A stretch of 64,000 bases of DNA from Arenicellales bacterium (GTDB lineage Bacteria; Pseudomonadota; Gammaproteobacteria; Arenicellales; JAJDZL01): positions 278,228-342,227 of the forward strand of contig OZ253563.1 of assembly GCA_965262855.1 (NCBI GenBank). The letters are read 5' to 3'. The notes under the pieces are model-generated. The model ran no database searches and was not told where the DNA came from. It saw only the letters and a list, made by a program, of their open reading frames with translations. Below, one piece after another: positions 50,484 to 59,805 of this stretch (positions are counted from its first letter, which is position 1; the number at the start of each line of letters is the position of its first letter). Position numbers and translations under genes: made by a program.

Positions 50484-51669
50484 CAAAGTTCGGGCGAAGA
50501 TCCCGAATGCGCCGACTCCGGTCAATGCTGCGGTATTCGGTCGGATTGTCGACATTCTCGAAGAAGCACGCAGTCATGTCTCCCGAACGGTCAACAGCGC
50601 GATGGTGGTCGCATATTGGATGATCGGACGTGAAATCGTTGAGGAAGAGCAGAAGGGACAGAAACGGGCTGACTACGGCAAAGCATTGCTGCAGGACCTC
50701 TCGCAACGGCTCAACAAACGGTACGGCAGAGGATTCTCATTGACCACGCTCCAAGATTGCAGGAAGTTCTACCTGACCTATGCGCACAGATTGGCAATTC
50801 AACACCCAGTGGGTGTTGAATTCACTATGCCTGCAATCGGCTTCCCAGTGGGTAGAGAACTGGGCAAGAGCGAAAAACTCCACCCGCCGGGCGGAGAAAT
50901 GAAACCAAAACAGCGCCCAACGGGCGTTGAATCCGCAACCGGCTTTCATCCCGACCTAAGCTGGTCGCACTATCGCGCCCTGATGCGCGTCGAGAACGAG
51001 GAGGCGCGGCAGTTCTATGAACAGGAGACCGCTCGGAACCACTGGAACAAGCGGCAGCTTGAACGACAAATCAACACCCTGCTCTTTGAACGCCTGCTCA
51101 AGAGCCACGACAAGGACGGTGTGCTGCAACTCGCCAATGAAGGACAGGCGACCGAACATCCCATCGACATCATCAAAGACCCTTATGCCTTGGAGTTCTT
51201 AGGGCTTCCTGAGTCGCATCGATTGCTCGAAAGCGATCTGGAGACGGCCCTTACGACTCACATGCAGGAGTTTCTGCTGGAATTAGGGGCTGGATTTGCC
51301 TTCGTGGCCCGTCAGAAACGACTCACGCTGGATGGGGACCATTTCTATGCGGACCTAGTCTTCTATCACATGCGCCTCAAGTGCTATATGATCATCGACT
51401 TGAAAACAAAAAAGCTCACTCATGGCGACATCGGCCAGATGCAGATGTACGTTCACTATTTTGATCGTGAAGTATGCACCCAGGAGGACAACCCTACTAT
51501 TGGCTTGATCCTCTGCACCGAAAAGAACGACACCGTAGTCGAATACGTGCTTGACAAGGGCAACGAACGTATTTTCGCCAGTCGTTACAAGCTGGAACTT
51601 CCGTCCAAGGAAGAGCTACGCAGACTGCTTCTGGAATGGCGCTCCGAGAACGAAGAAGACAAGTTATGA
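50476..51669 (+). CDS. DUF1016 (YhcG-like) PDDEXK nuclease-domain protein
   Basis: N-terminal VNSAMVVAYWMIGREIVEEEQ...YGKALLQDLSQRL... and C-terminal HFYADLVFYHMRLKCYMIIDLKTKKLTHGDIGQMQMY...PTIGLILC. The ATG at 50476 overlaps the res stop (ATGTCTGA). Confidence 0.85.
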   Translation: MSDKVRAKIPNAPTPVNAAVFGRIVDILEEARSHVSRTVNSAMVVAYWMIGREIVEEEQKGQKRADYGKALLQDLSQRLNKRYGRGFSLTTLQDCRKFYLTYAHRLAIQHPVGVEFTMPAIGFPVGRELGKSEKLHPPGGEMKPKQRPTGVESATGFHPDLSWSHYRALMRVENEEARQFYEQETARNHWNKRQLERQINTLLFERLLKSHDKDGVLQLANEGQATEHPIDIIKDPYALEFLGLPESHRLLESDLETALTTHMQEFLLELGAGFAFVARQKRLTLDGDHFYADLVFYHMRLKCYMIIDLKTKKLTHGDIGQMQMYVHYFDREVCTQEDNPTIGLILCTEKNDTVVEYVLDKGNERIFASRYKLELPSKEELRRLLLEWRSENEEDKL

Positions 51670-53657
51670 ACAAAGCCATTATGGATCGAATGCCGACCAC
51701 GCCGGATCTGAACCAGGAACGCCTGGAACAACTCCGAGCGCTTATGCCGGACCTGTTTACCAACGATGGGGCTCTCAACCTGGACGAGTTGAAACACCTC
51801 ATCGATCCTGACTTGGTGCCGGAGTCCGAGCGCTTTGAATTCCGCTGGCTTGGGAAGGCCAACGCGAAGCGCAACGCCTTCACGCCGACGCTCGCCTCTT
51901 TGGAGTACGATCACGAGCGCTCTGTGAATCCAGAGCTTGCCGAGGGGAACGCCATCATTGAAGGAGAGAATCTTGAAGTCTTGAAATGCCTACTCGCTTC
52001 TTACCGCAACCGGATCAAGTGCATCTATATTGATCCGCCGTACAACAAGGACAAGGATTTTGTTTATTCAGATACGTGGAAAGAGGGTAGGGATACATAC
52101 TGGGAGCAAATTGGTGTGACTTCAGATGGTGTCAAGATCGACACGAATACCAAGGCTGACGGTCGCTTCCACTCCAATTGGCTCAACATGATCTATCCTC
52201 GACTCTTGCTTGCGAGGCAATTGTTGAGTTCAGACGGTGTGATCTATATCTCGATTGACGACAATGAAGTGCATCACTTGCGCAGGATTTGCGATGAGGT
52301 TTTCGGTGAGGAATGCCGCATGGCGCAATTTGTTTGGCGCACAGACGGCAACTTCGACAACCAAGCGAAAATCAAAGAGTGCCACGAGTACATCTTAATG
52401 TACGCCAAGAACCCCGAGGAGTTCCCGCACCCTCCGGTCATTGATCCCGGTATCCCTGACAAGAGCAAGCTTTTTCTGCCAGAGATCCGCAACACTATTG
52501 TCAAGAACGGCCCAAAGAATCCGCCCAGTGACATCGCTCTGCCAGATGGTTTTCCGTGCGATTTCGATGCGGGTGAGATACCGGCACGCACAGACAAGTG
52601 GCCTCACTTCAAGAAAGCAGTGACGATAAAGAATGGCAAGGTCGTAGGTGGAGCGATCGCATACAGCGGTTGGAGCTCTAAGGACCTGATCGATGCATTC
52701 ATCGCAGGTGGCTTCAACGCCGTTGAGGATGCAAAGGGGCAGAGGACTCGTTTCGTATTGACTTCAACGGGCGCAATTCAGGTCGTGAAGGGCAGGTCCG
52801 AGAACCAGAGTCACGTAATCAGTGTCTTGCAGGGCTTTGGCAACACGCAGTCCGAATCTGCGCGGCTTGATGAGGCTGGTGTGCCCTTTGATGGCTACCC
52901 GAAGCCAGTCAAGCTCCTCCGGTATCTGGTGTCGATGGTTGCGGCAGATGACTTCATTACACTGGACTTCTTCGCAGGTTCTGGGACGACTGGCGAGGCA
53001 GTCATGTCTCTGAATGCAGAACAGGGAGGGAAACGTCGTTTCATACTCGTGCAATTTCCTGAACAGATTCCCGAAGACAAGGCTGCCTACCGAGTTGGCT
53101 TCAAGAAGATCTCCGAGATCACGATTGCAAGGAATACAGAAGTTGCTACACGGCTAAATGCCGCCGCCGATGACCTGGAAGAGCAAGCAAAGGAAGAACT
53201 GCCGGGAATGGAGAATGCTCGCCCTCCCGTGATTCGACCAGGATTCAAAGTCTATCGTATTGCGAAATCGCGATTCCCGCGTACCGAGTTCCTACCAGAC
53301 CCACAGAAAACGGATGAGGAGAATCTCGAAGCACTCAATGCCTACATCCGTGAAAAGGAATCAGCGTTTCTGATGACATTCGATAGGCGTGAAATTTTGG
53401 AGGAAGTCCTCCTCAAAAACGGCTTCATGCTCGACGTTCAGACAGAAGCCCTTGCCAATTTCACCGAGAACGTGGTCTTCCGCGCGTGGGACTCTCAGAA
53501 GGAGGTGACAGTCTGCCTCGACTACGATCTGAAGGAACAGACAATCGCCAAACTCAAAGGCATGGAAGGTATCTTCGTCTGCCTTGAGCAAGCACTCGAT
53601 ACGACAAAGAAATGGAACCTCCGCACTGAATTCGGAGAGAGATTGGTGGCTTTTTGA
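51666..53657 (+). CDS. mod: Type III R-M DNA methyltransferase, Mod subunit (N6-adenine type)
   Basis: Motif IV CIYIDPPYN precedes motif I DFFAGSGTTGEAV (beta-class order). Start ATG at 51666 overlaps the DUF1016 stop (ATGA). Confidence 0.9.
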   Translation: MNKAIMDRMPTTPDLNQERLEQLRALMPDLFTNDGALNLDELKHLIDPDLVPESERFEFRWLGKANAKRNAFTPTLASLEYDHERSVNPELAEGNAIIEGENLEVLKCLLASYRNRIKCIYIDPPYNKDKDFVYSDTWKEGRDTYWEQIGVTSDGVKIDTNTKADGRFHSNWLNMIYPRLLLARQLLSSDGVIYISIDDNEVHHLRRICDEVFGEECRMAQFVWRTDGNFDNQAKIKECHEYILMYAKNPEEFPHPPVIDPGIPDKSKLFLPEIRNTIVKNGPKNPPSDIALPDGFPCDFDAGEIPARTDKWPHFKKAVTIKNGKVVGGAIAYSGWSSKDLIDAFIAGGFNAVEDAKGQRTRFVLTSTGAIQVVKGRSENQSHVISVLQGFGNTQSESARLDEAGVPFDGYPKPVKLLRYLVSMVAADDFITLDFFAGSGTTGEAVMSLNAEQGGKRRFILVQFPEQIPEDKAAYRVGFKKISEITIARNTEVATRLNAAADDLEEQAKEELPGMENARPPVIRPGFKVYRIAKSRFPRTEFLPDPQKTDEENLEALNAYIREKESAFLMTFDRREILEEVLLKNGFMLDVQTEALANFTENVVFRAWDSQKEVTVCLDYDLKEQTIAKLKGMEGIFVCLEQALDTTKKWNLRTEFGERLVAF

Positions 53658-53713
53658 AGATACAAGGAGTATACAACGGCTGAACCGCTCTGCCACGCAT
53701 GGGAGAACATTGA

Positions 53714-55957
53714 ATGTACATTGCCTTTGTTGAGATACAGAACTTCCGGAAGTTGAAGGCATGCCGCGTCGACATCGCGGAACGGGAGACTATCTTCGTC
53801 GGTGCAAATAACAGCGGCAAGACATCTGCAATTGATGCATTGATTCTCTTTCTTAAAAAGAGCCGCCGCAAAGCCTTTGCGACAACGGATTTCACCCTTT
53901 CAAACTGGTCATCTCTTGATAAACTCGGAACAAAGTGGGTGGCAGCTGCCGATGATGAAGAACCAGATATCGCGGTTGACGCTTGGCTACCTCTGCTGCC
54001 CTCCATCGATGTCTGGCTCAAAGCAGACGAAAAAGACCTTCACCGTGTTGCGCATCTCTTCCCTACGCTGGATTGGACGCCCAAGGAATTGTTAGGAGTC
54101 AGGCTTGTGTTTGCACCAAAGAACATGGAACGACTCTACAAGGACTTCCGAAGTACCTATATATCAGCATGTGACGCTAAGTCAGCTTCCACCAAAGCAA
54201 AGTCGGCGCTGTCTCTATGGCCAAACTCAATGAGGGACTTTCTGGATAGACAGCTTCACAGCCAGTTCGAAGTTCAGTCCTACATTCTCGACCCCGCGCA
54301 GCGCGCAGATCCTGTACAGGGAATCGCCCAGCCTCAGTCGCTACCGTTCAATAGCGTTCCGCTCAAGAGGGATCCATTCGACGGTCTCATCAAGATTGAT
54401 GTAATTAGTGCACAGAGAGGCTTTTCCGATCCCAAGACAGAGGACGAGTCACACAGTGGCTTTGCAAGCTTGTCGGCCCAGCTGCGCCATTACTTCTCCA
54501 AGCACTTGAATCCGTCAGAGGCTCCGGATGCCAGTGATATCGAGGCGCTGGAGGCAATTGAAGCAGCGAAAACGGTATTCAACGAGAAGTTGGTGAAGAG
54601 TTTCAATCCTGCCATCGGAGAACTTGAGGGTCTCAACTATCCGGGATTCAGTGACCCGAAAATCTCCATAACAAGCAAGATCGATCCACGTGACAGCCTT
54701 GATCACGAGGCTGCGGTACAGTTCAATCTGCCTGGAGCAGATTCACTGTTCTTGCCCGAAAAATACAACGGACTGGGTTACCAGAACCTCATCTCGATGG
54801 TATTCAACCTGATCCGGTTCAGGGACGAATGGATGCGGGTTGGGAAAGCGGCCACGAATCAAAACACCCAGGATGTTGCGAATGAACTCTTGCACCTTGT
54901 ACTTGTCGAAGAGCCCGAAGCTCATTTGCACGCGCAGGTTCAGCAGGTATTCATCAAGAAAGTCTACAACGTGCTTCGTAACCACGTTGAACTAGTGGAT
55001 TCTTCCGTCTTCAGCACGCAGATGATCGTCAGTACTCACTCATCACATATCGCTCATGAACTGGACTTCTCGTGTCTGCGCTACTTTCGTCGTGAACCAG
55101 CCGCGCAGAAGGGAAAGATTCCCACGGCAACGGTTATCAATCTCTCGCAGACATTCGGTGACCACGATGATACCTCAAAGTTTGCCACTCGTTATCTTCG
55201 GACAACCCATTGCGATCTCTTCTTCGCCGATGCGGCCATCCTCGTGGAGGGCTCGGTCGAACGCATGTTGATTCCCCATTTCATTCGGGAGAAATTCCCC
55301 GGGCTAGATCAAAATTACATCTCGCTTCTTGAGATCGGTGGCGCCCATGCGCATCGTTTGAAACCACTATTGGATACTCTTGGGATTTTGTCTCTGGTCG
55401 TAACAGACTTGGACTCGATTCACGAAGCTAGCACCGGCAAGGTCCGCCCAGAGCGCGGCAAAGGATACCGAACACGAAACACCACACTCAAGGACTGGGT
55501 GCCCCAAAAGGAACTGCTTGATGATCTTTTTGATCTGTCGGACGATGTCAAACAGACAAATAATGGGCTCGTCAGGGTCGCATACCAGTGCCCAATCGCT
55601 GTGGAGTACAAGGAGGGCGAAAGTGAAGACGAAGCAATTCCCTATACGTTCGAGGATTCACTGGCCTTGACAAATCTTGCGCTGTTCCGGGGATACGCAA
55701 ATCCGGTGGGTTTATTGAAAAAGCTTCAAGCGGCTCTCGGAGAGGACACCCTCGAAGAGGCCAGCAACAATATGTTCGACAAATTGGAGAAGGGCAGCAA
55801 AGCTGAGATGGCTTTGGAGCTACTCTATCTGAGTGAACCAGATCAGGTTGAACCGCCACGCTACATCGATGAGGGTCTCCAGTGGCTTGAGAAAAACATT
55901 AAGGAGAGAAATGTTGACGCCATCTTGGCAGAGCCGGTAGAGGAGAAAGATGCCTGA
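53714..55957 (+). CDS. OLD-family ATPase-Toprim nuclease (GajA-like, long form)
   Basis: N-terminus IQNFRKL...FVGANNSGKTS (Walker A), LVLVEEPEAHLH (Walker B/D-loop) and a Toprim-like segment ADAAILVEGSVERMLIPHF...VVTDLDS. Confidence 0.8.
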   Translation: MYIAFVEIQNFRKLKACRVDIAERETIFVGANNSGKTSAIDALILFLKKSRRKAFATTDFTLSNWSSLDKLGTKWVAAADDEEPDIAVDAWLPLLPSIDVWLKADEKDLHRVAHLFPTLDWTPKELLGVRLVFAPKNMERLYKDFRSTYISACDAKSASTKAKSALSLWPNSMRDFLDRQLHSQFEVQSYILDPAQRADPVQGIAQPQSLPFNSVPLKRDPFDGLIKIDVISAQRGFSDPKTEDESHSGFASLSAQLRHYFSKHLNPSEAPDASDIEALEAIEAAKTVFNEKLVKSFNPAIGELEGLNYPGFSDPKISITSKIDPRDSLDHEAAVQFNLPGADSLFLPEKYNGLGYQNLISMVFNLIRFRDEWMRVGKAATNQNTQDVANELLHLVLVEEPEAHLHAQVQQVFIKKVYNVLRNHVELVDSSVFSTQMIVSTHSSHIAHELDFSCLRYFRREPAAQKGKIPTATVINLSQTFGDHDDTSKFATRYLRTTHCDLFFADAAILVEGSVERMLIPHFIREKFPGLDQNYISLLEIGGAHAHRLKPLLDTLGILSLVVTDLDSIHEASTGKVRPERGKGYRTRNTTLKDWVPQKELLDDLFDLSDDVKQTNNGLVRVAYQCPIAVEYKEGESEDEAIPYTFEDSLALTNLALFRGYANPVGLLKKLQAALGEDTLEEASNNMFDKLEKGSKAEMALELLYLSEPDQVEPPRYIDEGLQWLEKNIKERNVDAILAEPVEEKDA

Positions 55958-57830
55958 GGCAGTTGCTCAAGGGGATGAACTCAGGCAGACGATCGCGGCG
56001 TGCCTTGATCTGGAGAAGCCCAAAAGCTTCTTCCTCTATGCTGGTGCTGGCACCGGCAAGACTAGGGCGGTCGTTGAGGCATTGGACATCTTCAGAGACC
56101 GCTATGGAAGGCTGTTCCGGCGGTCGGGCCAAAAAGTTGCTGTCATAACCTACACCAACGCAGCATGCGACGAGATCAGGCGCAGAATTGACTTCGACCC
56201 TATCTTCGCCGTTTCCACAATCCATAGTTTTGCTTGGGAACATATCCGCACGTACCGAAATGACATCTCTGCTTGTCTCCGCGTACGCCTGTCCAACGAA
56301 ATTAATGAACTTCACGATAAGCAATCGAGGAGCAGGTCAGCAAAGGCTGCTGCCGAGCGGAAGGTTCAGATCGAGTCAAAGCAGAAGCGCCTCAAGCATC
56401 TAGATGCCATCAAGCAGTTCACCTACAACCCAAACGGCGAAAACATCGGCAAGAACTCGCTCAACCATGCTGAGGTAATTGCCATCTTAGCGGAATTTCT
56501 CTCCGACAAGCCGCTCTTGCGGCAGATGCTGATTCGGAAGCATCCCGTCCTGCTTATCGACGAAAGTCAGGATACACAGAAAGACCTGATTTGTGCATTC
56601 TTCGCCCTCCAGGCAAAGTATCCAGACCAGTTCAGTCTGTGTCTATTTGGTGACACGATGCAGCGCATATACGCGGACGGGAAAGTCGGACTGGAGAAAG
56701 ATGTCCCGAAAGATTGGGAGACGCCTGCCTTGGTTGTCAACCACAGGTGTCCCAAACGTATTGTGACCCTTCTCAATCAGATCAGATCGAAAGCGGACGG
56801 CGCTCGGCAGGAGCCTAGACAAGACGCGCAAGAAGGGGTCGTGCGACTGTTTCTGGTCAATGATGTTGATGACGTAAACAAACGTAAAGTCGAAATGGAA
56901 GCGGCCAGAATAATGGCAGAGGTCACTTCCGACGACGAATGGATGTGCCAACAGACATTCAAAGTTCTTACCCTTGAGCATCACATGGCCGCACGCAGGG
57001 GCGGCTTTGACTGTTTCTTTGAGCCGCTTTACAGAATGCCCAATTTCAGAACCGGTTTGCTTGATGGGACTTTGAACGGAGTTGCTTTCTTCACACAGCA
57101 GGTTCTTCCCTTGGTTCAAGCCATGAAATCCGGAGATAGGTTTGCGGTGGCTCGGATTGTGAAGGATCACTCCCCGATCGTGTCTCCCAAAAAACTGAGC
57201 GGAAGCATGAATTCATCAGCTGAAATCCGCAAGGCTGGGAGGTCTGTGAAGTCCATGTTCTCTCAGTGGAACGATGGCGCAGATCCCATCCTGTTGGATG
57301 TTCTCAAGGTGCTCGATCACAAAGGTCTATTCAGTATCCCTGATGTATTTGCACCCATCCTGTCCGACGCTGATGAGCAGGGAGAAAAGGTAGAGTCAGC
57401 TCCCGCAGATGCGGAAGATGACAGGAATCCTGAGGTCGATGCTTGGCGGGAAGCGCTTTCTATCCCATTCAGTCAGCTCGAGGCGTATGCAGAATACATC
57501 TCAGACAGATCGCCTTTCGGGACACATCAGGGCATCAAAGGGCTGCAGTTCCCGAGAGTCATGGTCATCCTGGATGACAACGAAGCCAGAGGTTTCATGT
57601 TCAGCTATGAGAAATTGCTTGGAGCGAAAGCTCCGACGAAAACAGATGAGGAGAACCGCCGTGAAGGGAAGGACACGTCTGTAGACAGAACCCGCCGGCT
57701 CTTCTACGTGACTTGTAGCAGAGCTCAGCGGAGCCTCGCCGTGATTGTGTACACGAAAGAGGCGGACAAGGTTGCCAGCCATATGTCCAGTGTTGGCTGG
57801 TTTGAGGACCAAGAAGTGGTTCGAATATGA
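55950..57830 (+). CDS. UvrD/PcrA/Rep-like superfamily 1 helicase (GajB-like)
   Basis: Walker A YAGAGTGKT, motif II LLIDESQDT and C-terminal RRLFYVTCSRAQRSLAV. Start overlaps the OLD stop by 8 nt (ATGCCTGA). Confidence 0.8.
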   Translation: MPEAVAQGDELRQTIAACLDLEKPKSFFLYAGAGTGKTRAVVEALDIFRDRYGRLFRRSGQKVAVITYTNAACDEIRRRIDFDPIFAVSTIHSFAWEHIRTYRNDISACLRVRLSNEINELHDKQSRSRSAKAAAERKVQIESKQKRLKHLDAIKQFTYNPNGENIGKNSLNHAEVIAILAEFLSDKPLLRQMLIRKHPVLLIDESQDTQKDLICAFFALQAKYPDQFSLCLFGDTMQRIYADGKVGLEKDVPKDWETPALVVNHRCPKRIVTLLNQIRSKADGARQEPRQDAQEGVVRLFLVNDVDDVNKRKVEMEAARIMAEVTSDDEWMCQQTFKVLTLEHHMAARRGGFDCFFEPLYRMPNFRTGLLDGTLNGVAFFTQQVLPLVQAMKSGDRFAVARIVKDHSPIVSPKKLSGSMNSSAEIRKAGRSVKSMFSQWNDGADPILLDVLKVLDHKGLFSIPDVFAPILSDADEQGEKVESAPADAEDDRNPEVDAWREALSIPFSQLEAYAEYISDRSPFGTHQGIKGLQFPRVMVILDDNEARGFMFSYEKLLGAKAPTKTDEENRREGKDTSVDRTRRLFYVTCSRAQRSLAVIVYTKEADKVASHMSSVGWFEDQEVVRI

Positions 57831-57943
57831 AGCACACAGCGTACACACGGCTTGAATGCAGTAGATCGAATGACCGCAAGATAGGAACAGAATGCGAAGC
57901 AGACACACGTGCCCGCTACGCCACCTAGTCAGCTTCTATTCAT

Positions 57944-58686
57944 CACCAACACCTATGAGGTTGCTGGCTGCAAGCCCCTGGCATACAGGTGCCGCGATTG
58001 TCGCAAGCATTTTTCGTTCCGGCACGGCACGTTGCTGGAGGATTCGCATGTGCCGCTGCGAAAGTGGGCGATTGCGATTTATCTGTTGGCCACAAGTCTG
58101 AAGGGGGTGTCGTCGATGAAACTGCATCGGGACCTGAACATTACCCAGAAGACAGCCTGGCACATGCTGCACAAGATCCGCTTTGCGATCAGCGGCAGCA
58201 GTGGTATTTCGATGTCGGGCACAGTGGAGGTGGACGAGACCTACGTCGGTGGTTTGGAGCGCAGCAAACACGAATCCGACAAACTGAAGGCCGGGCGCGG
58301 CAGCGTCGGCAAGACTGCGGTGGTTGGTATCAAGGAACGCGGATCTAAGCAGGTCAGCGCCCAGGTAATTGATGACACTCGGCGGATTTATCGAGGACCA
58401 CGCTGAGGCGTGCACAAGTGTGATGACGGACGATTTTATCAGTTATCGGCAGCTGGACGGTTACAAGCACCAGTTTGTGCGTCATTCGGTCGGTGAGTAT
58501 GTGGCAGATGATGTCCATGTCAATGGCATTGAGTCGTTTTGGTCGATGCTCAAGCGTGCGCACAAGGGAACCTATCACAAGATGAGTCGTAAACATCTGG
58601 ACCGGTATGTCAGTGAATTTGTCGGTCGGCATAACATTCGCGAGCTCGACACAGCCGCTCAGATGGCGTCGATTGTGGCGGCTTTG
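57944..58686 (+). pseudogene. IS1595-family transposase remnant, copy B (5'-truncated, 14-bp deletion, 3'-truncated)
   Basis: Homologous to copy A from CACCAACACC onward (A 46618-47318 = B 57944-58630), with about ten substitutions seen. A 14-bp deletion near 58385 causes the frameshift. It ends abruptly near 58686. Confidence 0.8.
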
Positions 58687-59551
58687 TATAGACCTTGGAT
58701 TCCAGTATGGTTCTGCCCACCATTGCAGCAGCTTCAGCGGCGCTTGCTCTGGATGAATGTAGGTATCTGGTTGTCGTCCATATTGTCGAATGTCCGAGTA
58801 ATCTTGCAATTACCGGCATAGGCACTCCATGCATTGCTGCGGTCGTAGCAAAACTGTGGCGTAGGTCATGAAGTCTGACATTATCGAGGCTCGCGCGTGT
58901 GCGCACTGACTGCCAGGCTTTCGTGAGTGATATTTGGCGGCCGTATCTTCCTGGGAACACTAATTCGCAATTTGATTGTCTGATCATTGATTCAATTATT
59001 TCTACAACTTCTTCCGTCATCTCTACTGACCGTGGGCCAGTCTTCGAATCGGGCAGGTTGATAACTTTTTGTTCGATGTCGATGTCTGCCCATGTCATAG
59101 ATTCAGCCTCTGATGCTCTGCAACCGGTTAACAAACAAATCTTGATTCCAGCAATTGCGTATTGAGAGACACTTTCTTCAGTTTTCATAGTCTTCAAAAC
59201 TTCCAGCAACCTGCTATATTCGGATGAGCTTAAATGTCGGTCGCGCATTATTTCCCTGTAAAGAGTTATTCTTGTGAATGGATTGATATTTGGATCAACT
59301 ATTTCTATGGTTTGTGCAAAATTGTACATACGCCTTCCTACTGCGATGATGCGGTTTGCCATAACTGGCTTGTTCTTCAGACTCAGGTGTAGTGCAACTA
59401 CTTGAGCGCGCTTGATATCAGTCAGATCCGAATTTCCAAACTCTGGCTTCAGGTATTTTTCAGTTACCAGTTTGTACATTTTGATTGTTTGTTTTTTTCT
59501 ATGGGTATCTATGTGGTGTAGAAAAATAGGTATGTATTCGTTAAGAGTCAT
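58610..59551 (-). CDS. Tyrosine recombinase / phage-type integrase
   Basis: Catalytic pattern TGCRASE, HDLRHSFAT, LLGHS and TTRYLH. The last ~25 codons are encoded by the antisense of IS1595 copy B. Confidence 0.85.
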   Translation of the reverse strand: MTLNEYIPIFLHHIDTHRKKQTIKMYKLVTEKYLKPEFGNSDLTDIKRAQVVALHLSLKNKPVMANRIIAVGRRMYNFAQTIEIVDPNINPFTRITLYREIMRDRHLSSSEYSRLLEVLKTMKTEESVSQYAIAGIKICLLTGCRASEAESMTWADIDIEQKVINLPDSKTGPRSVEMTEEVVEIIESMIRQSNCELVFPGRYGRQISLTKAWQSVRTRASLDNVRLHDLRHSFATTAAMHGVPMPVIARLLGHSTIWTTTRYLHSSRASAAEAAAMVGRTILESKVYTKPPQSTPSERLCRARECYADRQIH

Positions 59552-59658
59552 TTTTCCTTTCCTAAAATAAATATCGAGGTCAATTTACGCACAACAACTT
59601 CAGGATTACAAGGAGAGGGGAATTGGGGTGCTGTAGTGTTTAGGCAAGATATTTCCAA

Positions 59659-59689
59659 AGAAAAAGGAGAGTGTGGGCTCTCCTTTTTT
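59659..59689 (-). terminator. Candidate bidirectional terminator downstream of the 391-aa gene
   Basis: AAAAAGGAGAG - TGTGGG - CTCTCCTTTTTT: a GGAGAG/CTCTCC stem flanked by A- and T-runs. Confidence 0.4.
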
Positions 59690-59805
59690 AATTGTCTGGA
59701 CCAGACTCAGTCATGGTTCAGCTGGAATCCGATCTTCTCCGGGGGACTTAATCCCCAGAGAAGCCGGAAGTATGTCCGAATAATGACGGCCGTGCTCGCA
59801 ACCAG

